Shown piece by piece: positions 26,534-34,435 of a DNA stretch of 46,263 nt. Source of the stretch: an uncultured Gammaproteobacteria bacterium (GTDB lineage Bacteria; Patescibacteriota; Patescibacteriia; SG8-24); assembly GCA_964487195.1 (NCBI GenBank), contig CAZAPV010000001.1, forward strand, positions 1 through 46,263. Reading direction: 5' to 3'. Position 1 is the first letter of the stretch. Every line of letters starts with the position of its first letter. The notes under the pieces are model-generated. The model made no database searches. It was not told the origin of the DNA and worked only from the letters and a program-made list of their open reading frames with translations. A program made the translations under genes and the position numbers.

Positions 26534-26968
26534 TTATTTAAGCGGGATTTCGCGGGTGATCGTCGTTTGCTGGCCGCGGTCGTCGGCGACGGAGATGCGC
26601 ACCGTGAGCTTCTTTTCGTCGGCGAGACGCGGATCGTCCGCGATCAGCGAAAACGAGATCGGCTGCTCGTAGTCCTTGCCGATCAGGCCGGGGATCGGCA
26701 GATCGATCGTCTTGTCGAGCTCGACGAGCGTCATGCGGTACGTCGTGAAATCGAGCGCGTAGTCATCGCGCATGACGAGCAGCGCTTTCATTTCCTTGAG
26801 CGACACGCGGCCGTCGGGGGTCCACGTGAACTCAATCATCGGCGGATCGTCGTGCGGCCGCGCGAACAGCGATCTGTAGTCGCGCAGCGCGACGACGCCG
26901 ACCGTGAGCAGGATGACGATCGCGAGCGCCAGCGGGAGCGCGCGCATGGTGATGCGCGGGCGGATCAT
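26534..26968 (-). CDS. Membrane-anchored hypothetical protein
   Basis: 144 aa from ATG 26968, which overlaps the pyrH stop (ATGA). TM ALPLALAIVILLTVGVVAL. The upstream part of the track ORF overlaps pyrH out of frame. Confidence 0.6.
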   Translation of the reverse strand: MIRPRITMRALPLALAIVILLTVGVVALRDYRSLFARPHDDPPMIEFTWTPDGRVSLKEMKALLVMRDDYALDFTTYRMTLVELDKTIDLPIPGLIGKDYEQPISFSLIADDPRLADEKKLTVRISVADDRGQQTTITREIPLK

Positions 26969-27663
26969 CGTCGTGGAGCGCCGATCACCGTACCGCGGAA
27001 CCGTTTGCCGCGCAGGATCGCGTCGACGTTTTTGAGATCCCTGCCGTCGGCGATCATGACCGAAAGGCCGAGTCGCTCCGCTTCCTTCGCGGCGACAGGA
27101 TCGAACGGCGAATTGAGTCCCGGATGCCAGCGGCCGCCGAACTGTTTGCGGAAGTCGCGCCAGCGGATCGCGAGGAGCCGCTTCGCGTTTTTGAATTTGC
27201 GCGGATCCTTGTCGTAGACGTACGCGATGTTCGAAAGGTTCACGAGCGTGCGCGCGCCGGCCTTGCGCGCGAGCAGCACGGCGTCGTAATCGGTGGAGCA
27301 TCCGGGACGCCAACCGGCGCCGATCACCACCGGCTCTTGCGTCCGTGAAAACGCCCGCGGATCGGTGACGATCTTCGGCTGGGCGACGTCGCGCAGCACG
27401 GTGCGCAGCAGGTGCGCGTTGAGGCGCGTCGCGTGGATGCCAAGCCAGTCGAGGTCGTCGCGCGTGAGTTTCGCGACGCCGGCCGCGGCGCGCTGATACG
27501 CGCGGGCGGTCGTTCCCCCGCCGCAGATGATGATGAACCGGCTCCCCGCGCGCACGCGGCGAAGGATCAGCGCGCGGAGCGCCTTCAGAAATTTCACGTC
27601 GATTCCGTCCGGCGGCGCGATCAGCGATCCGCCGAGGGAGAGCACGATGGTGTCGCGGTGCAT
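26965..27663 (-). CDS. pyrH: UMP kinase, archaeal-type (amino-acid kinase fold)
   Basis: 232 aa. TIVLSLGGSLIAPPDG..., FIIICGGGTTARAYQ. Length and N-terminus fit the short archaeal-type uridylate kinases. Confidence 0.7.
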   Translation of the reverse strand: MHRDTIVLSLGGSLIAPPDGIDVKFLKALRALILRRVRAGSRFIIICGGGTTARAYQRAAAGVAKLTRDDLDWLGIHATRLNAHLLRTVLRDVAQPKIVTDPRAFSRTQEPVVIGAGWRPGCSTDYDAVLLARKAGARTLVNLSNIAYVYDKDPRKFKNAKRLLAIRWRDFRKQFGGRWHPGLNSPFDPVAAKEAERLGLSVMIADGRDLKNVDAILRGKRFRGTVIGAPRR

Positions 27664-27666
27664 ACG

Positions 27667-27689
27667 AAAAAACCCTGACGTCGTCAGGG
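27667..27689 (-). terminator. Terminator-like hairpin ending 3 nt before the pyrH ATG
   Basis: Minus strand CCCUGACG-A-CGUCAGGG (27689-27673), then UUUUUU (27672-27667), CGU, AUG. Confidence 0.6.
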
Positions 27690-27808
27690 CTTGGACGAGT
27701 ATTTATTCTTCACTTTCTGATTGCGTGTCCGCTGCTGCGTTGTGAAACGAAACGCGCTCGACGTGCGATACCCCGGGCCGCTTTTCCTGTGGCCGCCTGC
27801 GTGATTCT

Positions 27809-28570
27809 TCATACCGTTTCTTTCCGGCCCAATTCGAGCCGCGCCACGTTGTCCACATACCGCTTCGCCATCGCGCGGCGTTCGGACGCCATCGTGTCGA
27901 CCTCCCAGAGCATGTCGAGCGCGATGAGCGCGACGACGATGCTGATCCCGCCGGCCACTCTCGACACGAGCGTATCGCTCATCGCGAGCACCGCCGTCAC
28001 GGCGTACCCAGTGGCGATCAGCAACACCGCGGTCCATCCGTACGCGGAGAGCCGGTTGTCCCACAGCTCCTTGATCTGCTGGCGCGCTTCCGCGACCGTC
28101 GCGGTGGTGCGGAGCAGATCCTGAAACAGCGCTTCTTCTTTTTTCGTGTCGACGTCCGGGATGGTGTAGATGTGGTAGCTCAACTTGCGGAAGCCGGCGT
28201 TGAACCCGTCGTACGCGCCGAAATCCTTGCCGGAAAACATCGTCAGATATTCGTAGAGCCGTCCGTGCAGTTCGGTGAACCACGGGCGGAATTTCGGCGA
28301 CGTCTCGGCGATGTTCTTGGAGACGTGGTAGATGCGGCGGAGTTTGTTCAGTTCGACGCGCACCGCTTCGAACAATTTCTGTCGGCGGCGCGACGCTTCG
28401 GCGAACAGCGCGGCGATGATGACTACCGTGAAGACGGCGACGGCGAGATGCGCGATCGGAGCGTCCGGATCGACCGGGACGAACACCGGGATGAGCAGCG
28501 CGAAACCGAGTCCGCCGACCGTGAGCAGGATGAGCCGCGCGAGCGTCCGTCTGGTGACAGGGATGTTCAT
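27809..28570 (-). CDS. Hypothetical membrane protein (2 N-terminal + 2 C-terminal TMs; DUF4239-like topology)
   Basis: 253 aa. Start overlaps the xseB stop (ATGA). The family assignment is from memory of topology only. Confidence 0.6.
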   Translation of the reverse strand: MNIPVTRRTLARLILLTVGGLGFALLIPVFVPVDPDAPIAHLAVAVFTVVIIAALFAEASRRRQKLFEAVRVELNKLRRIYHVSKNIAETSPKFRPWFTELHGRLYEYLTMFSGKDFGAYDGFNAGFRKLSYHIYTIPDVDTKKEEALFQDLLRTTATVAEARQQIKELWDNRLSAYGWTAVLLIATGYAVTAVLAMSDTLVSRVAGGISIVVALIALDMLWEVDTMASERRAMAKRYVDNVARLELGRKETV

Positions 28571-28809
28571 GCGTTGTTCTCCGGTTCGCCCTCTTCGAGC
28601 GCGCCGAACTTCGCTTTTATTTCGACGACTTTATTCTCCACGTCCTTCAGCCGCGCCTTGCATCGCTTCGCGAGGTCGAGGCCGCGCTCGAATTTGCGAA
28701 GCCCTTCCTCTAGATCGACGTCGTCGCGCTCGAACCACTGGATGATCTGCTCGAGCTCCTTGTACGCCGCGCCGAAGTCGAATCCTTTGTCGGATTTGCT
28801 CTTGGTCAT
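28567..28809 (-). CDS. xseB: Exodeoxyribonuclease VII small subunit
   Basis: 80 aa. FGAAYKELEQIIQWFERDDVDLEEGLRKFERGLDLAKRCKARL matches the XseB helical hairpin. Confidence 0.85.
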   Translation of the reverse strand: MTKSKSDKGFDFGAAYKELEQIIQWFERDDVDLEEGLRKFERGLDLAKRCKARLKDVENKVVEIKAKFGALEEGEPENNA

Positions 28810-29984
28810 ATCCTTTCTTTCACTTCGGTGACAAGGCCGCCTTTGTACAATTGTATATCCACGCGCGCGCCGATGTCCACTTGCGAGGCATCGCGGACGA
28901 TCTTCCCCGCGCTGCGCACGAACGCGTATCCCTGGCGGAGCGGGCGGCGCGGATCGAGCGTCGCGAGCAGCCGGACCGCGGCGTCGAGACGTTCGAGGCG
29001 CGTTTTGAGGTCGATGACGAACAGATCGAGCCGACGGTACACGTCCCTGATGCGGTGACCCGCCGCCGCGAGCCCCCGCCGCGCGTGCGCGTCGATCCGG
29101 GCGGCGACGCTTCGCACCGCCGCGGCTTTCGCGGCGAGCGCGCTACGCATCCCCGCATCCATCCGCCGGACGCCACCGTCGATCATCGACGCGATCTCCC
29201 TCCTGTCGGGCGCGACGAGCTCCGCTGCGTTCGACGGCGTGGAGGCGCGGATGTCGGCGACATAATCGGCGAGCGATTCGTCGCGCTCATGACCGACGCC
29301 GACCACCACCGGAATTTTCGAGCCGAACACCGCGCGCGCGACCTCTTCGGAATTGAACGCCTGCAGATCCTCGAGCGAGCCGCCGCCGCGGGTGAGCACG
29401 ACGACCTCGGCGAGTTCCGTATGCGCGTTGAAATAGCGAAACGCGCCGACGATGTCGCGGATCGCGTCGCGCCCCTGCACCTGGACGTGTGCCGAGCTCA
29501 CGGTGACGCCGCCCCAACGGTTTTTGAGAATCCGCAAAAAATCGGTGTACGCCGCCGACTCGCGCGAGGCGATCAGGCCGATACGCGACGGAAATTGCGG
29601 GATCAGCCGCTTGCGCGCTGGCGCGAACAACCCCTCGGCATCCAGTTTTTTCTTCAAAAGTTCGAACGCGCGGCGGAGCGCCCCCTCGCCGATGAACTCC
29701 ACGCGCTCGACGTTCATGGAAAATCGGCCGCTCTTCGCGTGGATCTTCGGCAAACCGAACGCGCGCACTTTCATCCCGTCCTCAAGCGGCGCCCGAAGCT
29801 GCCAGACGGTCGCGAAACAATCGACGATCGACTGTTCGTCTTTCAATTTGAACCAGATCCATTTCTCCTGCGACACGCGGTACTCCGCGACCTCGCCTTC
29901 GATCGCGACCCCTTCCGGAAAAACCGCGGACGCCAGCGCCGCGTTCAAAAATTCTATGAATTGCGAAACGGAAAAAATCTGCAT
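28806..29984 (-). CDS. xseA: Exodeoxyribonuclease VII large subunit
   Basis: From ATG 29984: SVSQFIEFLN...IEGEVAEYRVSQ..WIWFKLKDEQS (OB fold) and RGGGSLEDLQAFNSEEVARAV...GVGHERDESLADYVADIRASTPSNAAE. The track ORF's first 115 aa overlap the upstream gene. Confidence 0.9.
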   Translation of the reverse strand: MQIFSVSQFIEFLNAALASAVFPEGVAIEGEVAEYRVSQEKWIWFKLKDEQSIVDCFATVWQLRAPLEDGMKVRAFGLPKIHAKSGRFSMNVERVEFIGEGALRRAFELLKKKLDAEGLFAPARKRLIPQFPSRIGLIASRESAAYTDFLRILKNRWGGVTVSSAHVQVQGRDAIRDIVGAFRYFNAHTELAEVVVLTRGGGSLEDLQAFNSEEVARAVFGSKIPVVVGVGHERDESLADYVADIRASTPSNAAELVAPDRREIASMIDGGVRRMDAGMRSALAAKAAAVRSVAARIDAHARRGLAAAGHRIRDVYRRLDLFVIDLKTRLERLDAAVRLLATLDPRRPLRQGYAFVRSAGKIVRDASQVDIGARVDIQLYKGGLVTEVKERI

Positions 29985-29992
29985 GCGCTTCT

Positions 29993-30871
29993 TCACGGCT
30001 GGAACGCCGCTTCGGGTCGGCCGTCGATCGCGATCACGATGTCGCGCACTTCGGGGAACTGTTCGAGCGTCGCGCCGATCTGCGCGCGGATCATGCTCGC
30101 CCGGCATTTGTCCGAGATCCCCCGGTTCATGCGCGAACTGAAGTCGGCGGTGACGACGCCGTTCCCGTCCGCGGTCGCGGATTTGAGCGTCACGCCGGAA
30201 GGGATCGCCGACCAATACCCGTCCGTTCCCTCCGTCGCATCCGGTCCCTTGAGCAGCGCTTCGAGCGTCGACCGATACACGGCGCCGGTCGCCGACACCT
30301 GGCGCTGGACCGGAAAGATGATGTCGCACGCGCCGCCGGCGTCGAGGGCATGGCTTGGAAAATACAGTTTCACGGCGACGGTATTCGCGGGACCGAACGT
30401 CACCGTGCGGGTGACGGATTCGGATCCATCGCCGAGAGAAACCTCGACGGTGGCGGCGAGCGGCGCCGGGGACGGTACGACTAACGTCTTGTCGAACCGG
30501 CCGTACACATCGCCCGGCGCGGCTTGGACGTCCGTGGTCGCGACGGCGATCGTCGCGCCGTTCGAATCGACGAGCGCGATGCGGACCGCGCCGGCGCCGG
30601 TTTTTGCGCGGCCGGCAACATCGAACGACGAATCGAGGAGATTCGCTCCGTTGAGCGGCACTTCCACGATCAGATTCTTTTCATCCTTGGCGACCGCGGC
30701 GATCTTCGCGGGAACGGACGTCTTTGGCGGGGTCGGCAGCAGCGGAAAACCGCCCGCGACGGTCCCGAACGAACCGGTGAGCTGTCCGACCGCGAATCCG
30801 GCGATCGCGACGAGGCCGAGCGTGACGATGAGCGGTAATTTCTTCATGCGGGAAGGATAACAAAAAAGCAT
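29993..30871 (-). CDS. Secreted GerMN/Gmad2-like domain protein
   Basis: Signal MKKLPLIVTLGLVAIAGFAVG. C-terminal VKLYFP...VSATGAVYRSTLEALLKGP...SAIP.GV is GerMN-like. ATG 30871 overlaps the mutY stop (TGATG); alternative ATG at 30847. Confidence 0.65.
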   Translation of the reverse strand: MLFCYPSRMKKLPLIVTLGLVAIAGFAVGQLTGSFGTVAGGFPLLPTPPKTSVPAKIAAVAKDEKNLIVEVPLNGANLLDSSFDVAGRAKTGAGAVRIALVDSNGATIAVATTDVQAAPGDVYGRFDKTLVVPSPAPLAATVEVSLGDGSESVTRTVTFGPANTVAVKLYFPSHALDAGGACDIIFPVQRQVSATGAVYRSTLEALLKGPDATEGTDGYWSAIPSGVTLKSATADGNGVVTADFSSRMNRGISDKCRASMIRAQIGATLEQFPEVRDIVIAIDGRPEAAFQP

Positions 30872-31752
30872 CAAGGCAAACAGACGTCGCGCCCGTGCCG
30901 GACGAGCAATCCTTCGTCGACTAATTCAGCGGCGAGCGCGTCGGCGTCGTCGCGGCCGGTGCGGACCGCAAGCGCCGCGGAAGGGATGCGGCCGGTCGGA
31001 TCGCCGGCGAGCAGTTTGAGGATCGCGCCGCGTCCCTGCCGCCACGACCCCTTGAATGCCGGCTGTTTCCGGAGCAGCGCGCGCCTCGGCTCGCGTTCCG
31101 CCAAAAAATGCGGCGCCGCGCGGCAGGACCGCCGCAACGGACACGCCGCGCAATCCGGATCGCGGCCGATGCAGACCGCGGAACCGAAATCCATCAACGC
31201 ACCATGCCAGTCGCGCGACTTCCCTGCCGGCAACGCGGCCGCGAGCAGCACGTCAAGCGCGCGATCGGACACCGGCGCGCCGAACTCACCGCCGGCGAAA
31301 TATCGGGAAAAAATCCTGCGGATGTTCGTATCCCATAACGCCGCGCCGCGGTTGAACGCGAACGCCGCGACCGCGCGCGCGGTGTACCGTCCGATCCCGG
31401 GCAGCGTTTCGAGTTCGTCGATCGCGGTCGGCACGCGGCCGTCGAAACGGTCGACGATCGCTTTCGCGGCGAGCCAGAGGTTGCGGCCGCGGCGATTGTA
31501 TCCGAGTCCGCTCCATGCGCGCAGCACGTCGGAGAGCGGTGCCTTCGCGAGCGCGGCCGGCGTCGGCCAGCGTCGCGTGAACGCCAGATACTTCGGCACG
31601 ACGCGCGGCACCTGCGTCTGTTGCAGCATCACCTCGGAGACGAGCACTCGCCACGGATCGCGCGTCCTGCGCCACGGGAGATCGCGCCGGTGCCGTCCGA
31701 ACCAACGGAAAATGCCGCGCCGCAACGTGGCGATCCGTTCTTCGCGCCGCAT
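30871..31752 (-). CDS. mutY: A/G-specific adenine DNA glycosylase (MutY family, short form)
   Basis: DLPWRRTRDPWRVLVSEVMLQQTQV, HhH LPGIGRYTARAV, 4Fe-4S loop C-x6-C-x2-C-x5-C (CIGRDPDCAACPLRRSC). C-terminal region is too short for a full NUDIX-like domain. Confidence 0.8.
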   Translation of the reverse strand: MRREERIATLRRGIFRWFGRHRRDLPWRRTRDPWRVLVSEVMLQQTQVPRVVPKYLAFTRRWPTPAALAKAPLSDVLRAWSGLGYNRRGRNLWLAAKAIVDRFDGRVPTAIDELETLPGIGRYTARAVAAFAFNRGAALWDTNIRRIFSRYFAGGEFGAPVSDRALDVLLAAALPAGKSRDWHGALMDFGSAVCIGRDPDCAACPLRRSCRAAPHFLAEREPRRALLRKQPAFKGSWRQGRGAILKLLAGDPTGRIPSAALAVRTGRDDADALAAELVDEGLLVRHGRDVCLP

Positions 31753-31753
31753 A

Positions 31754-33019
31754 TCAATCCGCCGTCTTCGGCCCGAACGCGGATTCGGTGTAGACGTTGC
31801 CCGCATTCCAGATCAGCCATCCCGACCCGCCGCCGTCGGCGACCGCTTTCATCTCCGCGCGCACCATCGCCGCGGTGTACGTCGCGCCGAGATTGAAATC
31901 CTGGATCCACGGCCGCGCGGTCGCGACCGTGAAGCCGGCCTGCGGATTCTGCGCGCGCGCGGCGTCGCTCTCTTTCTTGAGCGCGGCGAACACCTCCTGG
32001 CCGCGCACCATGTTGTCGTAAATCACCTCGTACGGATGATCCGCGGGATTCGCGAATCCGTCGAAGCCGGACGCGTAGTGCGACGGATACACCATCGGCG
32101 AAATGAAATCGAAATGCCGCGCACCGGTGTCCAGCCGCTGGCCGATCCCGAGGTCGGTGTGATGCTGCGCCATCGTGAGGCCGAACAGGTCCGCGGAGAT
32201 CGGGATCCCCGCTTTCTGCCGGAGCTCGGCGTCCAGAAACGCGAAGAAATCGGCGATCGCGTCGGCTTTCGGCTTCTTGCCGTCGTACACCGGAAACGAC
32301 AGCGCTTTCAGATTGCCGTCGGTCGGGAAACGGATGTAGTCGAACTGCACCTCGTCGAACCCGTTCGCATACGCCTCTTTCGCGATCGCGGCGTTGTAGC
32401 GCCAGACGTCGGTCGCCGCCGGGTCGAGCCACATCACGCCGCGGCGGTCGCGCCAGATGCCGCCTCCCGAAGAGCGGACGGCGAGATCGGGCCGCTTCGA
32501 CGCGAACGACGGATCCTCGAATACGAACACGCGGGCGATCAGATAGATGTGCTTGTCGTGGAGCGGTTTCGTGAACGCCGCGAGGTCGCCGATCGGCGGC
32601 CGCGATTCGGCGAACGGCCGGAGTTCCGCGGTCTGCGGCGCGAACGCGAGCGGCCCGCCGCCGTCTTTCAGATCGATCACCATCGCGTTCAGTTCGGTCC
32701 GACCGATCAGATCGACGAGCGCGGCGAACCGTTTCGATGAACTGACCGTCGCCGCGGTGACGTAGATCCCTTTCACGAAATCCGGCGTCGATACGTGCGT
32801 CACGAGCGGCACGGGCGCCGCCTCCGGTCCTTCCTCCGCACGCACCGCCGCGATCCCCGGTTTGTCCGCGGACGCGGGAACGGGAAACGACGCCGGCACC
32901 GTAAGCTGCGCCGCGAAATAGATCGCGGCCGGCACCGCCGCGACGACGAGGATCACCGCGCCGCGCTTGGTCGTGATCGCAGGGAACCGCCGCAGAAAAT
33001 TCCGGATGGATTCGCGCAT
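31754..33019 (-). CDS. Membrane-anchored putative glycoside hydrolase (GHL10/DUF4015-like TIM barrel)
   Basis: VKGIYVTAATV...NAMVIDLKDGGG...IARVFVFEDP...WLDPA...GFDEVQFDYIRFPTDG. Confidence 0.6.
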   Translation of the reverse strand: MRESIRNFLRRFPAITTKRGAVILVVAAVPAAIYFAAQLTVPASFPVPASADKPGIAAVRAEEGPEAAPVPLVTHVSTPDFVKGIYVTAATVSSSKRFAALVDLIGRTELNAMVIDLKDGGGPLAFAPQTAELRPFAESRPPIGDLAAFTKPLHDKHIYLIARVFVFEDPSFASKRPDLAVRSSGGGIWRDRRGVMWLDPAATDVWRYNAAIAKEAYANGFDEVQFDYIRFPTDGNLKALSFPVYDGKKPKADAIADFFAFLDAELRQKAGIPISADLFGLTMAQHHTDLGIGQRLDTGARHFDFISPMVYPSHYASGFDGFANPADHPYEVIYDNMVRGQEVFAALKKESDAARAQNPQAGFTVATARPWIQDFNLGATYTAAMVRAEMKAVADGGGSGWLIWNAGNVYTESAFGPKTAD

Positions 33020-33029
33020 CGCGTAAAAA

Positions 33030-34346
33030 TTATTTCTTCCGTCCGAGCATCGTCTCGATCATCCGCTTCCCTTCTTCGACGCCGGGCTGGTCGTACGCGT
33101 CGATGTCAAGCAGTTCCGCCATCGCCGCCGTCGCGAGCATGAAGAAGAACAGCAGCGCGCCGAAGGATTCCGGCGTGATCTTCGGGATCGTCATGGTGCC
33201 GCTCGGCCTGCCGCTCTTCGCGAGCGCCGCCGCAGTCGCCTCCCGTTCCGCAGCGTTGATCTTTCCGAACGCGTGGCCGCCGAGATATGAAATTCCGCCG
33301 AGGTCGGGATACGGCTTCGGCACCTTGAAATCGTCGCGGAACGATTCGATACCGAGGAACGTGACGATCTTGTCCGCCGGACCTTCGTTGTACAGCTGGA
33401 TCTGCGAATGCTGGTCCGCGGCGCCGAGCGCGGCGACCGGCGTCAGTCCGTGGTGGACGACGTTGCCGCGGCGGTCCAGTTTCTTGCCGAGACTTTCCGC
33501 CCACAGCTGGCGGAACCAGACGGCGAAATCTTTGAGCGCGTCGGCGTACGGCATCAGCACGGTGATGCGCTCGCCGCGGCGGTAGCCGTCATGATGCAGT
33601 CCGGCGAACATGAGCGCGCCGTTATCAGCGGGCGCGGATTCGAAAAATTCGTCGCGCATCTTCGCGCCGCCGGCGATCAGCTTCACGACCGGGATTCCGG
33701 CGCACGCGGCGGGAAACAATCCGACCGGCGTGAGCGCGCTCCAACGGCCGCCGATATCCGCGGGCACCGGAAGCGTCCGGTATCCTTCGCGGTCCGCGAT
33801 CGCGCGCAGCGTCCCCTCCTTCGGATCGGTCGTCGCGATGACGTGCTCGCGGTGCCGTTTCTCGCCGACGCGCTTGATCAGCCGTTCGCGCAGCAGCAGG
33901 AACGCGGCCATCGGTTCCACGGTGTCGCCGGATTTCGAGATGACGTTCAGCGCGCAGTCTTCGAGGTCCACGCGTGCGAGCAGCGCGGCGATCTCTTCCG
34001 GATCGGTGTTCGCGCCGATGAAATGCACGTCCATCCCCTTCCCCCGCGTCTTGAGCGCGCGGATGATCGCGCGGGCGCCGAGCTCGGAACCGCCGATCCC
34101 GATCACGATGAGCGAACCGAACCGCTTGGCGACGTCATGCGCCATCCGTTCGACGAGCCGGAGATCGTCGCGCCGTTCCGGGATCGAAAAAAATCCGACC
34201 TTTTTTGCGCGCCACTGCTCGTCGAGCGCCGCGTGCGCCCGTTCGAGCTCGCGCATGATCAGTTCGAGGTCGGCGTTCGGCGTCCCGCCTGCCGCCCGAT
34301 CGGCGAGCATCCGCGCGTAATCGTAGGTAACGAGACCGTTTCGCAT
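33030..34346 (-). CDS. pgi: Glucose-6-phosphate isomerase (short bacterial/archaeal type)
   Basis: 438 aa, SIS-domain GIGGSELGARA, ...QLWAESLGKK... Confidence 0.85.
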   Translation of the reverse strand: MRNGLVTYDYARMLADRAAGGTPNADLELIMRELERAHAALDEQWRAKKVGFFSIPERRDDLRLVERMAHDVAKRFGSLIVIGIGGSELGARAIIRALKTRGKGMDVHFIGANTDPEEIAALLARVDLEDCALNVISKSGDTVEPMAAFLLLRERLIKRVGEKRHREHVIATTDPKEGTLRAIADREGYRTLPVPADIGGRWSALTPVGLFPAACAGIPVVKLIAGGAKMRDEFFESAPADNGALMFAGLHHDGYRRGERITVLMPYADALKDFAVWFRQLWAESLGKKLDRRGNVVHHGLTPVAALGAADQHSQIQLYNEGPADKIVTFLGIESFRDDFKVPKPYPDLGGISYLGGHAFGKINAAEREATAAALAKSGRPSGTMTIPKITPESFGALLFFFMLATAAMAELLDIDAYDQPGVEEGKRMIETMLGRKK

Positions 34347-34399
34347 AACGGCCTCATTATAACATAAGAAGGACGAAACGAAAGACGACGCATATGGGC

Positions 34400-34428
34400 T
34401 TGAAAAAATACGAAAAATGTGCTAGAAT
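34400..34428 (+). promoter_or_regulatory. Strong sigma70-like promoter with an extended -10, giving a leaderless PP2C mRNA
   Basis: TTGAAA (34400-34405), 17-nt spacer ending in TGc, TAGAAT (34423-34428). ATG 34436 begins 8 nt after the -10. Confidence 0.65.
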
Positions 34429-34435
34429 GAGCGTT

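Noticed and set aside
26969-27313. N-terminal 115 aa of the 259-aa ORF 26534..27313
   Set aside because: It overlaps pyrH in another frame and is Arg-rich. The hydrophobic anchor and an ATGA junction with the pyrH stop support the start at 26968.
27691-27808. Possible SRP (4.5S), 6S or other known small RNA in the pyrH-upstream spacer
   Set aside because: I could not find the conserved SRP domain IV motifs or a 6S-like long bulged helix by eye. It is kept only as an unexplained structured spacer in the findings.
28851-32740. 669-aa and 593-aa plus-strand ORFs (28851..30860 and 30959..32740)
   Set aside because: They are antisense to xseA, the GerMN-like gene, the mutY-like gene and the GHL10-like gene. 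All of those carry clear family motifs, whereas these translations are Arg-rich with no recognisable domain.
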